The notes beneath the pieces were generated by a model. That model saw nothing but the letters and a program-made list of their open reading frames with translations, was not told the DNA's origin and ran no database searches. Both the position numbers and the translations under genes were made by a program. A stretch of 64,000 nucleotides of DNA from Camelus ferus (Eukaryota). The DNA lies in the NCBI RefSeq assembly GCF_009834535.1, contig NC_045697.1, forward strand, positions 5,458,001 to 5,522,000, read 5' to 3'. Below are positions 22,971-36,410 of the stretch, piece by piece; the stretch's first letter is position 1; every line of letters begins with the position of its first letter.

Positions 22971-25934
22971 TCCTCCTACCCCGGGTTGATCAGGTCACCA
23001 GTCCTGACTGCCTAACAAGCTCCCCCTGGGGGCTCGGATACTTATCCCTGCATTCAGAGTGTGATAGGGGTGCCTGTAGTCTTTCCTGACAGCGTTCTTC
23101 AATTTGGAATTTCAGAGAATGGGCAGAGGGAACTGGCCCCCTGGGCTGTGTAAGCAGAGAGTGGTCCCTTCCTCCCCATTGGCTGAGAGATGAGGGCCCA
23201 TCTACCTTATATTTACAGACTCAGAGAGGATCCTCAGAGTCTTTAGTCCATCTCCCAGGGGCCAAGCATCTCACGGTGGCTTCTGGCAACCTGAAGCAAT
23301 CACAGATAGGACCATCTGTGGGCCCACTAAGCGTGCTGTACATGGATCCTCTCACCTAAGTGGATTCTCTGCTAATCCTTGGGGGTGGGTGTTGTACGTT
23401 TCACAGTGAGAAGGAGGCTCAGAGAAGTGAGTCACTCCTCTCAGGTCACATCATGGGCCAGTGGCAAAGCTAATATGCCTCTCAGAGTTCATAACAGCGT
23501 TTTAATAAAGGTGTTACATTTTAATAGAGAAGCAAAATTGGATTTGTGCCTTAATCATCAGCTTTTTTTAGCTATCCTGGGGCCAGACTACATTCCAAAC
23601 TTTTAAAACCACTTTTGGATTGATTAGCACGGAACAAAACGGCTTCTAAGGAGAGTACTTGACAATGCCAGGCTCTTAACTTCCGGTGAAAGTCGGCCAT
23701 GACGCTGAAGTGGAAACTTGATAATATCCATTATTTATCATACTGGTTCCCCCGTCATCCCTTTAAAAAAATGGACGGAGGCCCAGATATCCTAAATACC
23801 ATGCTTCTTCCAGGTGGGAAAAATAATAATTTTCTCTGTTCTGCCTTTTTTTGGTATTCAAATAAAGTTTATAGAGAACTCAGGGTTTATTCCAGCTGGG
23901 GGTTAAGGAGAAGCAGAAAGTTCTGACTGCAGCCCAAATCTTGGCAACAAGTCTGGCATGAGTGAGAAAAATGACATTGTGAAGGTCACTTCCTTTTTCT
24001 AAGTCCCAGTGAAAATGAGAGGCATAAGCAGAGAGCTGTAAGTCCCCTCCGAGTCCCATGTTCCATCAGGCTCTGGTCCTGCAGACACCCCCCCATCCCA
24101 GGACCCCCCCACCAGGAATAGAAGATTGCTCTGGAGAAAGGGAGGCCCCGAGGCCCTTCTGCGGTCCAATATGGGTAACACCTTCATAATCGGAGCATTT
24201 ACGAGGCCCAGATGCTACTCCTGGCTCACACTATGGCTACGAATCTTAATATCTTGGCCTTTCCTTATCTGCATTTTCCACATTGGTGAGGCAGGGACGA
24301 TAACGCTGGGCTGAAACCTACCATGGAAATATGAAACAGCTTCCTTTGAAACGTTATAAAGCTACAAGGAGAGACCTTTGGGAAACAAGGTATGGTGGCC
24401 CCCGCCTTGCTTACCCACTGTGCCACTGCCAGGTTTATGTGCAAAACTGCCCTCCCCGCACGGCCACTGCAGGCTGCTGGGGGCGCCTCCTCTGCAGAAG
24501 GTTCACACCAAAGTCTCTGTCACTGAGCAAGAGGAGGATCATTTGATGAGCCAGAGGACACAGTTATGGCTGGATGTCGGTGAGGGGACAGCATGACACC
24601 TCGTTTTGCAAATAGCAATCCCTTTAGAGAGAAATGAGAAGCCCAGCAGAATGTGTGGGCCCACTCGTCCAGGGCAGGGCCTTCTCTGAGCTTGGGAGAC
24701 AGAACTTCTTGTTCCAAGGGAAGGAGGAAGGATCTTCTTTAAAACTGGAATGAAGGGTTCCAGTAGTCCTCTAAAGCGTCTCTCCCTCCCTCCTGGACAC
24801 CATCTCCCCGGGTCTGGCCGAAGGAAGCACCAGCCAGTCGTGGGGCTCAAATGTCCCACGAGGAAGTCTACACTAGAGATGGATGTTTGCATAAACAGGG
24901 TTAAATATTAGTCTGCACTAATGGCTGTCTCTGCTGTTCATGAGCCAATTACTGATGAGAATCTTTACTTTATAGCCCATAGATTTTTGCGCAAGTGGAA
25001 AGGAGGGAATGAAAGCCAAGACATGGCCGGGACCCAAGGCCTGATTTCTGAGCCTGATGCCTGGTTTCCGGTGTAAGCAACAGGGTGGGCATCGGGGTCA
25101 TGCCTCCGATGGGGAGCCCTGGAGAAAGAGCAGCGGGAAGGAAGACATGAGCTCAGTTTGGGAGTTTTTGAGTCTAACCTTCCAGGACTGAGACCAACGG
25201 GGCAGTTAGTCAATTGTTCAGTATCTACTGAGCCTGAGATGAAGTCTAGACGTGAAGGATTTATGGACAATGCAATTCTGGACCATACACTGGCAGCTCA
25301 AGCCTCAGAGTCTATCTCACCCCCAGGACGTGGGCGGAGAATTTGGGAGGGGGGCAAGATTCCAGCATTGGTGGAGTTACATTACTGGCCCCAAAGAGGC
25401 AGTTTTAAACCAGAAGTGACTGAGTTACCTTGAATTGGCCAGAAAGCATTTCCACCAATAGTGGAACTGGGAGATTCGTAAGGCAAGCCGAGTTCAGTGG
25501 GAGAAAACTTCGGTTCTTGAGTCCAATGCTACTAGAGAAGGAGAAAAAAGGAGGCTGAAGGAGGCAGGTGGGCCGAGAAAGTCGCTTCACGTCACCACCA
25601 AGATGAGGTACAAGTGAGTGCCTCCTTTCTCGCCCCGCAGAGGAGTCAGAGGAGAAAATGGTGTTGCGGGCACTTGTGCAAACTCAAAGGGACCCTCTCT
25701 GATTATGAAATAAAATTTTTAAAAGTAGATGTTTATTTAGGAATGCCAGCTGCTGGACCCTCATTGAGAGTTGTTTAGCTCACAGCTCACCTCGAAAGCA
25801 GTGGTCTCCAATATTTTTGGATCTGGTATTCATTCAGTAAAAGCCAATTTGCACCATGAGTACGTGTTAATTTCTTTACGGATACAATATGTGTCCTATG
25901 ATCAATGGCTAATGTCCCAAGACACAATAAACGA

Positions 25935-26325
25935 CTTAAGGCAAAAGGTAAGCCCAAATCACGGAGACAGTAAAAAGATCTGCGGTTGCCAGGCGTTTGG
26001 AGGGGGGGAGGCATAAACACAGAGGACACTGAGAGCTGTGAAATGATGGTGTGACATTGTAGTGGAGGGTATCTGACCATCTACACTGCCAAAACCTACA
26101 GAACGTACAGCATAAAGGATAAACCCTAAGTCAGCTGTGGACTTCGGTTAATTCTGATGAAACCGGATTGGCCCCCCTTAGTTGGAACCCTGAGGCGAGA
26201 TGTCAGTAACGGGGGAGTTATCAGGGTGAAGGAGGGTGTGTGGGAACTGTCTGTACTTTCCATTCAGTTTGGTCTACAAACCAAAATCTGCTCTGCAAAA
26301 ATAAAATCTTTTAATGTAAAAAAAG
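25935..26325 (+). mobile_element. L1 (L1MC/MD class) 3' UTR
   Basis: 'ggagacagtaaaaagatctgcggttgccagg...gggaactgtctgtactttcc...aaaaataaaatc'. Confidence 0.8.
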
Positions 26326-27149
26326 TTTTCCTGACAAGCTGTTTTATTCGAGAATTCCACGTCGTTTTAAAACACAAACCCCTCCGGAAAAGTGTTTTCG
26401 TTTTCTGTGACTACAGTGAAATGACTTTGACCACCGGCATTCATCCGAAGGCAAAGCAGGCGGGTCTAATCCTTGTGAAGACTTATAAGCCAACCCTGTT
26501 TTGACATTGTGAAAATCCATTTCTTAGAAGCCTTTCTATCCCGAAGCGAATCTGATACAGTCTCCTTTCATCGGCCGCTGGGGGTTATTCTGAGGGGGTG
26601 GTCTCCCGATTCTTTTTGTTATTTCTGGAGTTTAAAATAAGCTCCGTGTTGTTATGGAGGAGAGGAAGGTACATGAAAAGCTTAACGGTTCCATTTCATG
26701 TTCCAGAACTCAAATATTTCAAAATCAATTATTCAGCTCTTTGCTAGAGTCTTCAAAACACGGACCTAAGTCATCACAGAGATGCCTGCGGGGCAGGAGG
26801 CCCGGAATGGCCTCTTTGTTGTCATTCCGAAGGCCCTGCTTGCATATTGGCAACTGGTGGATCTGCCTAGAGCCCGAGTCAGCATCTCCCTGACTTGTGT
26901 CTTCCTCTGCCTCCCTTTTTCTCTGTCATCCCGGAACGCTGGGAGCAGAGTGGCTGCTGCCCGCCACAGCCCCCGCCTCTCCGGGTCCCATTCTTTTCTG
27001 AAGGATGCGCACCTGCCCTATACTGTTTGGGGCATTTCCCTGTATTCTGTCACTTCATAACCAAGTAACCTCAAAGGGTGGATACTACAATTATCCCATT
27101 TTCCAGATAAGGAAACTGAGGCCAGAGATACAAAGTAGCTCTACTGCTT

Positions 27150-27565
27150 TAAAAAAAATTTGCAGCCACATGGATGGACCTAGAGATGATCACACTAAGT
27201 GACTTAAGTCAGAAGGAGAAAGATAAATATCTTGTGATATCACTTATATGTGGAATCTTAAAAATGATACAAATGAACTTATTTGCAAAACAGAAAGAGA
27301 CTCACAGACATAGCGAACAAACTTATGGTTACCAAAGGGGGAAAGGGGTGGGGGAGGGATCAATTAAGAGTTTGGGATTCACAGATACACTACTATATAT
27401 AAAATAGATAAACATAAGGTCCTACTGTACAGCACAGGGAACTATATTTAATGACTTGTAATAATCTATAATGGAAAAGATTCTGAAAAAAGAATATATA
27501 TATAACCAAATCATTTTGCTATACACCTGAAACATTGTAAATCATCTACACTTCAATTAAAAAAG
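27150..27565 (+). mobile_element. 5'-truncated lineage-specific L1 (ORF2 end and 3' UTR)
   Basis: 'MDLEMITLSDLSQKEKDKY' ORF2 terminus; 3' end 'tacacttcaattaaaaaa'; close to the copy at 45270-45675. Confidence 0.9.
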
Positions 27566-27883
27566 AGCCCCAGGGATTCATGGTGTCTAAGCTTTGTGCT
27601 GAGCTGGTAGAGAGGAAAGGGCTGGTGGACCTGGGCCCCCGTCCTGACCTTGGCCAGGAGTAAGAGCAGGGCCCGTTGATTAGCGCCTCCTGTCAATCAT
27701 TAAGACAATTTTCTTGAGAGCCTACTCCGTGCCTGGAGCTATGCCAGAGGACTGGGGTGTGTCAGTGAAGCTGGAAAAGGGCACCGCCTTTGAGGAGCTT
27801 ACGTTCTTGTGGAATGAAGCATGCACGACAGATATCATAAAGAAATGAGTCTGTAGGACAGTAGAAGGTGATCCGTGCTCCGG

Positions 27884-28055
27884 ACAGGGCCGGCCTTCCA
27901 GGGTGTGGCCTGTGCACTTACCCAGAGCCCCACACCCAGGAGGGCCCCGAGTTCAGTTTAATGCTCAGTTGTCTCCAGCTTGAAGACCTAAATAGTTTTT
28001 GAACAAGGGACCTTGTATTCTTATTTTGCACTGGGCTTGAGTCCTGGCTCCAGAA
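27884..28055 (+). mobile_element. MER45A-like hAT-Tip100 MITE
   Basis: 'cagggccggcc...tttaatgctc...tttttgaacaaggg...ttttgcactgggc'. Confidence 0.7.
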
Positions 28056-28177
28056 ACAGAGAAATTACAGCAGATGAGGAAGACTCGGATGGTCTGGGTG
28101 GGGATGGGCCAGCCTGCAGTTTGGAGCAGATGGGTCCCCATGGGCTTCCTTGAAAAGGGGATGGGGGAGGGGATTCT

Positions 28178-28590
28178 TTTCCAAGGGCCACTTTGACAAA
28201 TTACCAAAACTTGGTGACTTACAACAAGAGGAATTTCTTCTCTATTTTGGAGGCCAGAAGTCCAAAATCAAAGTGTTGGCAGGGTTGGCCCCTTCTGGAG
28301 TCTCTGAGGAAGGATCTGTTCCATGTCCCTCTCCTGGTTTCCGGAGGTTGATGGCAATCCGTGGTGTGCTTTGGTTTGTAAATGCATCAGTCAAATCTCT
28401 GCCGCCTTCTTCACATGGCCTTCTCCTCCATGTCTGTGTCTCTTCTCTTTTATAAGGACACCAGTTGTTGGGTTTAGGATCCACACTTATCCAAGATGAC
28501 CTCATCATAAGTAATTACATCTGCAAAAACTCTATTTCTAAAGAAGGTTGCATTCATAGGCATTGATGGACACAATTCAACCCACAATAA
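28178..28590 (-). mobile_element. MLT1 (MaLR) LTR
   Basis: 'aaattaccaaaacttggtgactta...ggaggccagaagtccaaaatcaaagtgttggcaggg...aaggacaccagt...cacaattcaacccacaata'. Confidence 0.85.
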
Positions 28591-28779
28591 GGGGTGAGTC
28601 CAGTGGGTACTGAGGGAAGAGCATTCTAAGCACAGGGAGCAGGCAGTGCAAAGGCCCTGTGGCAGGAGTGTGTCTGGCATGCTTGAGGAAGAGCAGAATT
28701 TGGTGTCCAGCTGGACCCTTAGGCACTCCAGAGGGAGCTAAGACCACACACAACTGCATGATGGGTGAGGAAAGAGCCC

Positions 28780-29121
28780 CTATATTTAGCCATAGAAAAA
28801 AATAGGAAATCCTGTGGTTTTCAGCAACATGAATGAAACTTGAGGGCATTATGGTAAGTGAAATATGTCAAACAAAGACAAAAACCATATGATCTCCCTT
28901 ACATGTGGAATCTGAAAAAAATCAAACTCATAGACACAGATAGAATGGTTGTTGCCAGGGGCTGAGGGGTGGGGAGATAGGGAGATATTGATCAAAGACT
29001 ACATGCTTCCAATTATAAGATGAGGAAGTTCGGGGATTTAATGGACAGCATGTTTACAGAGTTAACAATACCAGACTTTATACCTGAAAGTTGCTGAGAG
29101 AGTGGATCCTAAATATCATCA

Positions 29122-29153
<32 letters not shown>

Positions 29154-29300
29154 TAACTATGTGAAGTGACGGGTGTGTTAACTAACCTCATCGTGGTAAT
29201 CATTTCACAATAAAACTGTTTATCAAATCATCGCGTTGTACACCTTAAACTTATATAATGTTATATGTCAATAATACATCAGTAAAACTAGAGGAAAACA
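28780..29300 (+). mobile_element. L1MA-class 3' end containing a (CA)n tract
   Basis: 'caacatgaatgaaacttgagggcattatggtaagtgaaata...ttgtacaccttaaacttatataatg'; (CA)~14 at 29122-29149. Confidence 0.85.
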
Positions 29301-30289
29301 GGCCTCCCTTTCTAAGTAGTGACGAGCACACATGGTTCTAACCACGTGATGTGAAAGAGCTCTGACTTCTCTTAGCGACAAATTCACGGGTATCTAATTT
29401 ACAGACTTGTTGTCTGTATTCATGAGTGAAGGAAATGGCTGAATTTCAATTCGAAATTAGTAAAACTGAAGATGGAGTTTTTTCCTTCTGCTGGCCCTGT
29501 GCTGAGAGCTGGTATTTTCCTAACTATTCTTCGCATGAGAAACCGCCCCACCTGTTACTAGAGTAAATCCCCTCTGATGCTGCAGGAGCCCCGCCATCAG
29601 AAGAAACCAGTTTAAAAGCTCTGTCGACACCTCCTCCCCCTGCAGGGATGTTGATGGTTGGTAAACTCCGGTTGCTTCCTCCTTACGCAAAGTGAGCCTC
29701 GGGCTGGTCTCTTTCGGTGCTGGTCCATGAACATCTAAGAGGCCAGGAGAAGAGGCAAGCATGGGGAGGCCTTCTGTGCGCCAGGCATCACACTGGGGGC
29801 CTCCCCATAGCCCTGCAAGACAAGTGGCCCGTTTTGCAGATGAGGAAGCTGAGGCTCAGTCGCACAACAAGGAAGGGAGTGAAGCCAAGACTCAGCTTCC
29901 GATCCGACTCAAAGTCAACATGCTCCTGTCCATTATATCATTAGAACAAAAAGGCTGTATACTGTGTATGTTTCCACATTAAAACATGGGACTCCAGTTA
30001 GAAAATTCGAACTGGGGCCATCATCTTGTAATAATTGTATTCTTTAGGGGGGAAGCAACATATACCCAGCCATCTCCCTTGAATCCGAACATCTCAACAG
30101 ATTGCTAGAGATCAGACATTTTAGTGGTGGCCAAGGACCCCCAGCTGTAAGGCACAACCCACACGAACAGAGCTGTGGTGCTTTCCACGCCCCTTCTGCT
30201 CCTGCCGCCCGGCAGATTCACGAAGCTCTGTCATACCTGACTCAGCCACAACCCCGCAGGCCGTGAACCCTGCAGCAGGCTGAGTGCTG

Positions 30290-30757
30290 CCCTCCACCCC
30301 CGAATGCGTCCACACCCTGGTCCCTGAGTCTGTGACTATTACTGTCCATGGTAAAAGATGGAATATTATTTTACATAGAAAAAGGTGTGATGGAGTTAAG
30401 GTTTTTGAGGGAAGGCACTAATGCTAGACTACTTAGGGGGACCCTAAATTCAACATGTGTCCTTAATTAGAGGGAAGGCAGAGGGAGATTTGACACACAC
30501 AGGGAAGGGATGTGAAGACAGAGGCAGAAGTTAAGCAATGTGCCCCCAAGCCCGGGGACACCAAGGACGGCCCGCAGCCACCAGAAGCTGGAAGAGGCAA
30601 GGACCAGACTCCCCCCTGGAGCCTCTGGAGGGAGCACAGCCCTCTCAACCCTTTGATTTGGGACTTCTGGCCTCAGAACAGTGAGAGAATAAAGCTCTGT
30701 TGTTTTAAGCCACCAGTTTGTGGTAATTTGTTAGAGCAGCCACAGGACACTAACACA
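30290..30757 (+). mobile_element. MLT1 (MaLR) LTR
   Basis: 'ccagaagctggaagaggcaagga...ggacttctggcctcagaacagtgagagaataaa...tggtaatttgttagagcagccacaggacactaacaca'. Confidence 0.85.
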
Positions 30758-31449
30758 AACCCCAAAGGATGGAAACCCTCACATGCTGTCCCTCCATCGA
30801 GCAGAACGACGAAGCAAGCAGAGTCTCCTGCTTCTGTCTTATTTTAGGGTTCAGCACCCCCTCCCATGGAAAGCACTCACTCGATTGTCTGTCCTCAGGG
30901 TAGGGACCACATTAGCCTTGATCGCTCTGTACCCCCAGAGCGAGAGTACCAAGAGTGCTTTATGCACCTTCATCTCTGAACACTTGGGGTTCAAGCATCA
31001 ACTTCATGGGTCCGAGTCTCAGCTCCTGCACTTACTATGGCTGAGTAACTTTGGGCAGCCGGTCCCTGAGTCCCCCTTGGCCTCTCTAATACACAGAGAG
31101 TGGTCCTGTCTCCTCAGGCTGTCATGAGGAGGCAGTGAAATAGTGTGGCAACCTGACAGCAGTGGCTGGTGCCTCATAGATGCCCGATGTGTCTGTTATT
31201 TTCATCAATAATTACAAACAGAAGGAAACGGGCAGTGCTGTGAACAGTAGAAGCAAATCTGCGTTAAGCATCAGAAAACCACCTTTGGGTTTTTTTAGTG
31301 TGTTTATTTGACAATTCTGAACTATTCATATATACAACTAAATACACATGTTAGTGTAATAACTGTGTTCCTACTACCCAGATTTAACAAAAATGAATAC
31401 TCTAGCATTTTTGCTGCTGGTTTCTCAGTGTCCTTGTTTATAGGATCTG

Positions 31450-34400
31450 CCCTGAGACCTGTGATTTGTGCCTTTTCTTTTTCTCTTAATCAGTCTTGCA
31501 AGAGTCATTGATTGTATCAGTCCACTCACACCACAGACTTCTGTCTGTGTTGATTCTGATGCTAACATTTATTTTCTAGTTGAGTAATCTTCACTCTTAC
31601 TTGTATTATTTCCTCCCTTTACATTACTTAGGCTTATTTTTGTACTTTTTCTAACTTATTCAGCTGGATCCTCACCGTTGCACTTGGGCTGTGGTGCCTT
31701 GTTTCTGTTGATCAGATTAAATTTTGTAATTCTGTTATTTAACTCTTCCACATTCCTACTGAGTTTTTATCTGTATGTTCTATCAATTATCGAATCTATT
31801 CACTAAATTCTTCCACTATGACTTTATTTCTTTATTTTCATTACTTTATTCCTCTTTTTATTTTTATTTACTTTTATTTTTTTTTAACATTTTTTATTGA
31901 TTTATAATCATTTTACAATGTTGTGTCAAATTCCAGTGTTCAGCACAATTTTTCAGTCATTCATGGACATATACACATTCATTGTCACATTTTTTTCTCT
32001 GTGAGTTATCATAACATTTTGTGTATATTTCCCTGTGCTCTACAGTGGAATCTTGTTTATCTATTCTACAATTATTTCTCTTTTTAGTTCTCTTAACTTT
32101 TGCTTTATAAATTTTTAAGCTATGCTATTAAATATGCATATAAATTTTGAATTGATTACTGGTGAATTAACCCTTTTATGAAACATCTTTTTGTATATTT
32201 AAAATGTTTCTTGTCTTAAAGTCTACTTTGTCTGATATTAGTATAACCACATGAGATTTCTTTTGGTTAGTTAGTGCTGCATGGTAAATATTTTCCCTTC
32301 TTTTGTTTCCAATTTTTTTTTGTCTTTACTTTCAATGTGTGCTCTAGAAAGCTACGGATCACTGGGTATTATTTCTTTTATCATGTCTGACAGTTTATTC
32401 TATTAATTGGAATATTTAGTTTGTTCACATTTAATACCATTTATGATGTAACTGGTTTAAATCAGCATCTTGCTGTTTGTTTCCTATTTTTGTCCCAACT
32501 ATTCTATATTAATTACTCTTTCTTCTCTTTCTTGCCTTTCTTTTGATTAAGGAATATTTTCTTATTCCTTTCTCCCTTCTGTACATGTGTTTGTCATCCA
32601 TTCTTTTGCTATATTTTTACACTTATTCTAGACATTACAATATGCATCTTTGACTTATTAGAGTTTAATATAAATTTGTAATTTTACTGCTTCCTGGGTA
32701 ATAAAAGGAACTCAGAACACTTTAACTCCATGAATATTCTCCAACTTGTTGTGTTATTGTCACATATTTTAGTTCTACATACATACCAGACCTTGAAATT
32801 ATGCATACAGTTAATATTCATTTATACTTCCTTATATATTCACCCTTTCCATCACTCTTTATTCTTTCCTGAAGGTCAGTTCTCCCATTTAGCACTGTGT
32901 TTTTTCCACCTGAAGAATTCCTCCTAATATTTCCTTTGGTGTAGGTTTGTTCATGGTTTCTTCCCTCAATTTTTTTTTTATCTAATATGTCTTTGTTTCA
33001 TATTCATATTTCCCTCCAAATTATCCAGCTTAATTTGGATCATTAAAATATTTTGATGATCCAGAGTATTTTTCATAAAATTTTCAAGACCCAAAGGCTT
33101 ATTTTAGTATGATATCTTGATGGAATCATTTGTTCAGTGTTGAGAACAACTTACTGTTTACAGCTTTGAAATACAAATTCACATACAGTAAAATTAACCT
33201 ATTTTAAATGTACAGTTTAAGGATCTTTGATCAATGTACACTGCCAGCAACAACCATAAGAGTCAAGTTTAAGAACAGGTTCATCACCCACTGAAGGGTC
33301 TCCCTTGACTCCCTCCCACACCCTCAGCCCCATGAAATTACTCATCTGCTCTATCGCTGTAACTTTCCATTTTGTAGAATTTAACCAGTGGAATCACATA
33401 GCATGGAGTAACTGTGTGACTGGTTTCTTGCACTTAGATGTTTTGGAGATTCACCCACGTGGTTACATGCATCAGTCCCTCCCTGTTCATTGCTGGGCAG
33501 CATCCTGTGGTACAGATTTGTTATATTTCCTTTATCTATTTACAGGTTAGGTGGATTTGGGTTGTTTCCATTTTGCTTTCAGTTTGGAAGAATGTTTTTG
33601 CCAATGGCACAATTCAAAGTTGGTAGCTGTTTTCTACCGATGCATTATTTATTAATTCTTTTAGATTTCGTTTGTTCTTAGAAACCTCTATCTTGTCTTC
33701 ATTTTTGAGTGATTTTTTTTTTCCTGGGTTGATCATTCTGTTGACAGATTTTTTTTTTTTTTTCTTTTTCTTTTCAGTCACTTAACGATGTCGCTCAATT
33801 GTCTTCTGGCTCACGTGGCTTCTGACAAGACATCTGCTGTAATTCTTACCTTTCTTCCTCCGGATGGAATGTGTCTTTTTTTCTCTGACTGCCTCCAAGA
33901 TTTTCTCCTTACTTTTACTCTTCAGCTGTTTGAATATATTTTGCCTAGATTTAAAAAAAAAAAATATTTCTCCTGTTGGGAATTCTCTGGGCTTCTTAGG
34001 TCTCTGGTTTGTTGTGATTAATTACTTTTGGAAAATTCTCAGCCTTTATCTCTACAAAGATTCCTTTGCCCTGATTTCTTTCTCTTCTCCTTCTAGGATT
34101 CAATACTACGTATAATAGACCGCTTGACAGTGTTCCAGCTCTTGTGTACTCTGCTCTGTTCTTTGCACTTTTTCCCCCTTTATGTTTCTGTTTGGGTAAT
34201 TCCTACTTGCCTATATTCATATGTACTGATTCTTCCCCTTTCTATGTTGAGTCTGTTGATAAGCCTGTAGAAAGCATTCTCTATTTATGTTACTAATATT
34301 TTTATTTCTTACATTTCCTTTTGACTCTTACGATGTGCCTCTCTCTGCTGAAATACTCCCACTTGTTCATGTAAACACATACAGTCTACTTCCTCCACTA

Positions 34401-35130
34401 GAGCCTTTGACATAATTAATTGTAGTGTGTTGAATTTCCTTTCTGATGGTTACAAATTGTGGGTCCTCTTTTAGTCTGGTTCTGTTGATTGCATCGTCTC
34501 TTGACTGAAAATTTTCTCCTTGCTTTTTTATGTGCCTCATTTTTTTATTGACTGCTAGATCTCATATTTGGAAAAGTAGAGACTGACGTAAATAGTTTTT
34601 ATGCCTGGAAATGGACACACCTTGTCTAGCAGGCTGTTACTGTCAAGACTGATTCAATTTAGTATGGCTTTTAATTGGCTTTAGGTTTTTTGGTTAACTG
34701 TGGTTGTCTTCAATACATCACCAGATTCAAATTTCTCTGGTGTTACATCTGACTTAGAATAGGGCCTGTTTATCCTAGGATTTTTCACAGTAAGCCTGGT
34801 TTGCTCTCAGCTTTGAGGCTTCCCTATGAGCCTGTGTCTCAGAGTGGTCTCTCCCCACACCTCTGCTCAACCCCCAGTGGTAGAGTGTCGCTGCTGGTTA
34901 CCTGGTTCTTGCTAGCCTGGCTGAGGGAGCAGGGAGCGATCCCTGTGTCCTGGGTCAGGCTCAATCCTAGGCAAGCCTTGTGCTCCTGGGGCTCATGAGT
35001 AGGACTTTCTCAGTGATCTTGAATCTCCCTGAACAGCAGGAAACCTACGGGTCCAGGCTGGCTTCTTTCTCCTCACCCAGCGATAAAGGGTTCCCCCCAC
35101 CACCACCTGGGTCTAGAGTGCTTTGATCAA
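31450..35130 (-). mobile_element. Composite of old L1 fragments (ORF2, ORF1 and 5' region) with younger L1 3' ends inserted
   Basis: Long T-rich tract with L1 hallmarks, e.g. 'cttaaagtctactttgtctgatattagtataaccac' and 'aattgtcttctggctcacgtggcttctgacaagacatctgctgt'; separate L1 3' end at about 33160-33580. Confidence 0.75.
31861..32071 (-). mobile_element. Young short L1 3' end, second subfamily
   Basis: 'ttttttaacattttttattgatttataatcattttacaatgttgtgtcaaattccagtg'. TSD ttattcctcttttta (~31846-31860) / ttatttctcttttta (~32072-32086). Confidence 0.85.
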
Positions 35131-36074
35131 GTGGGAAGTCGTATGAGACAATGTAAAAGGAATCAAGGGACTAGAATACGTAAGGCTTCAAACCCACAGT
35201 GAAACTTGGGGTCTTACGTTGAGTGGCATAAAAAACTACCAGAGGGTTTTGATCAATGACATGACTTGAAATACTTGAAAAAAAAAAAAATCAGTCTAGC
35301 TACCTTGTGAAAAACTAAACCAGAGGGATAAGAATAAAAAATTAGTTGGGAGGCTCCAGTTATTGCCAAGGCAGAGGTGACAGTGGCTTGAACAAGTGTG
35401 GGAGCAGTTGAGGAGACGAGTGATCTTTGGTTTAGGACACAGACAGGATTTGCTCGGGGGTGGGATGTGGGATGTAAGAGGAACAGAATGTTTGTCTCGC
35501 ACGCCACTTCCTTTTCCCTTACTTTTGATGTCAATGTCTCATTACATTTTAGGTTTGTTTCTAGTAAATAGCATAGAACAGGGTATTATAACTTCCATCT
35601 GAGACTTTCTAAATTTTAATAAATTTTAATCCCTTTTCATTTATTGTAATTCCTGCTCTTACTATTGTTATTTGTAACTTTTTTCAGTTTTTAATTTTAA
35701 TTCTTCTTTTTTATACTCTCCTGACCTTTATTGGATTACTGCTGGTTTTAAAATATATATATACATTTTAAATAATATATATACATATTATTATTCCTTC
35801 TTTGGTCCTTTTTGCTTAGTTTGAAAGTTAGATAATCTATTTCCATTATTTCAGAAGTTATCCTTTAAGTTTTCAATATGCATATTTGACGGAACAAAAG
35901 AGAAACTGTTTATAACATAAATTTTGTCACTAAGTAGTGATGAAACCTTAGCCAAATCAGGTTTTCTCATATTCTTTCATTTACTCCGTGCCAGATTTCA
36001 GTGATATGTGGAAGGCAGGTTAGAGACCAGTATGCTTTCAAACCACATCCTGTACTTCTTATACCTCCCGTCAA

Positions 36075-36410
36075 AAACGCAGAGCCCGGCAACATGCTAC
36101 TGAGCGAAAGGAGCCAGACACTGAAGAGGGCACACAGTATGCGTCCATTTATGTCAAAACTAGAGGTAAAATTAATCACAGTCAAAAATCAGGATGGTGG
36201 TTCCCCGAAGGCAGAGGGAGATGGATACTGACGGGAAGGGGCCTGAGGGGATGCTGAGCAGCTGGTAACAAACAGTCTGGGCACTGTGTTCATTGCTGTG
36301 TTCAGTTTATGAATGTCATCAAGCTGTGTACTTATAATATGTATAATTTTCGTGTGTATATCATATTCTGGTGGAAAGATTTGAAATTTTGTTTTCAAAG
36401 AAAAAAATGA
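36075..36410 (+). mobile_element. Old L1 3' UTR fragment
   Basis: 'aacatgctactgagcgaaaggagccagacactgaagagggcacacagtatg...catcaagctgtgtactta'. Confidence 0.75.
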
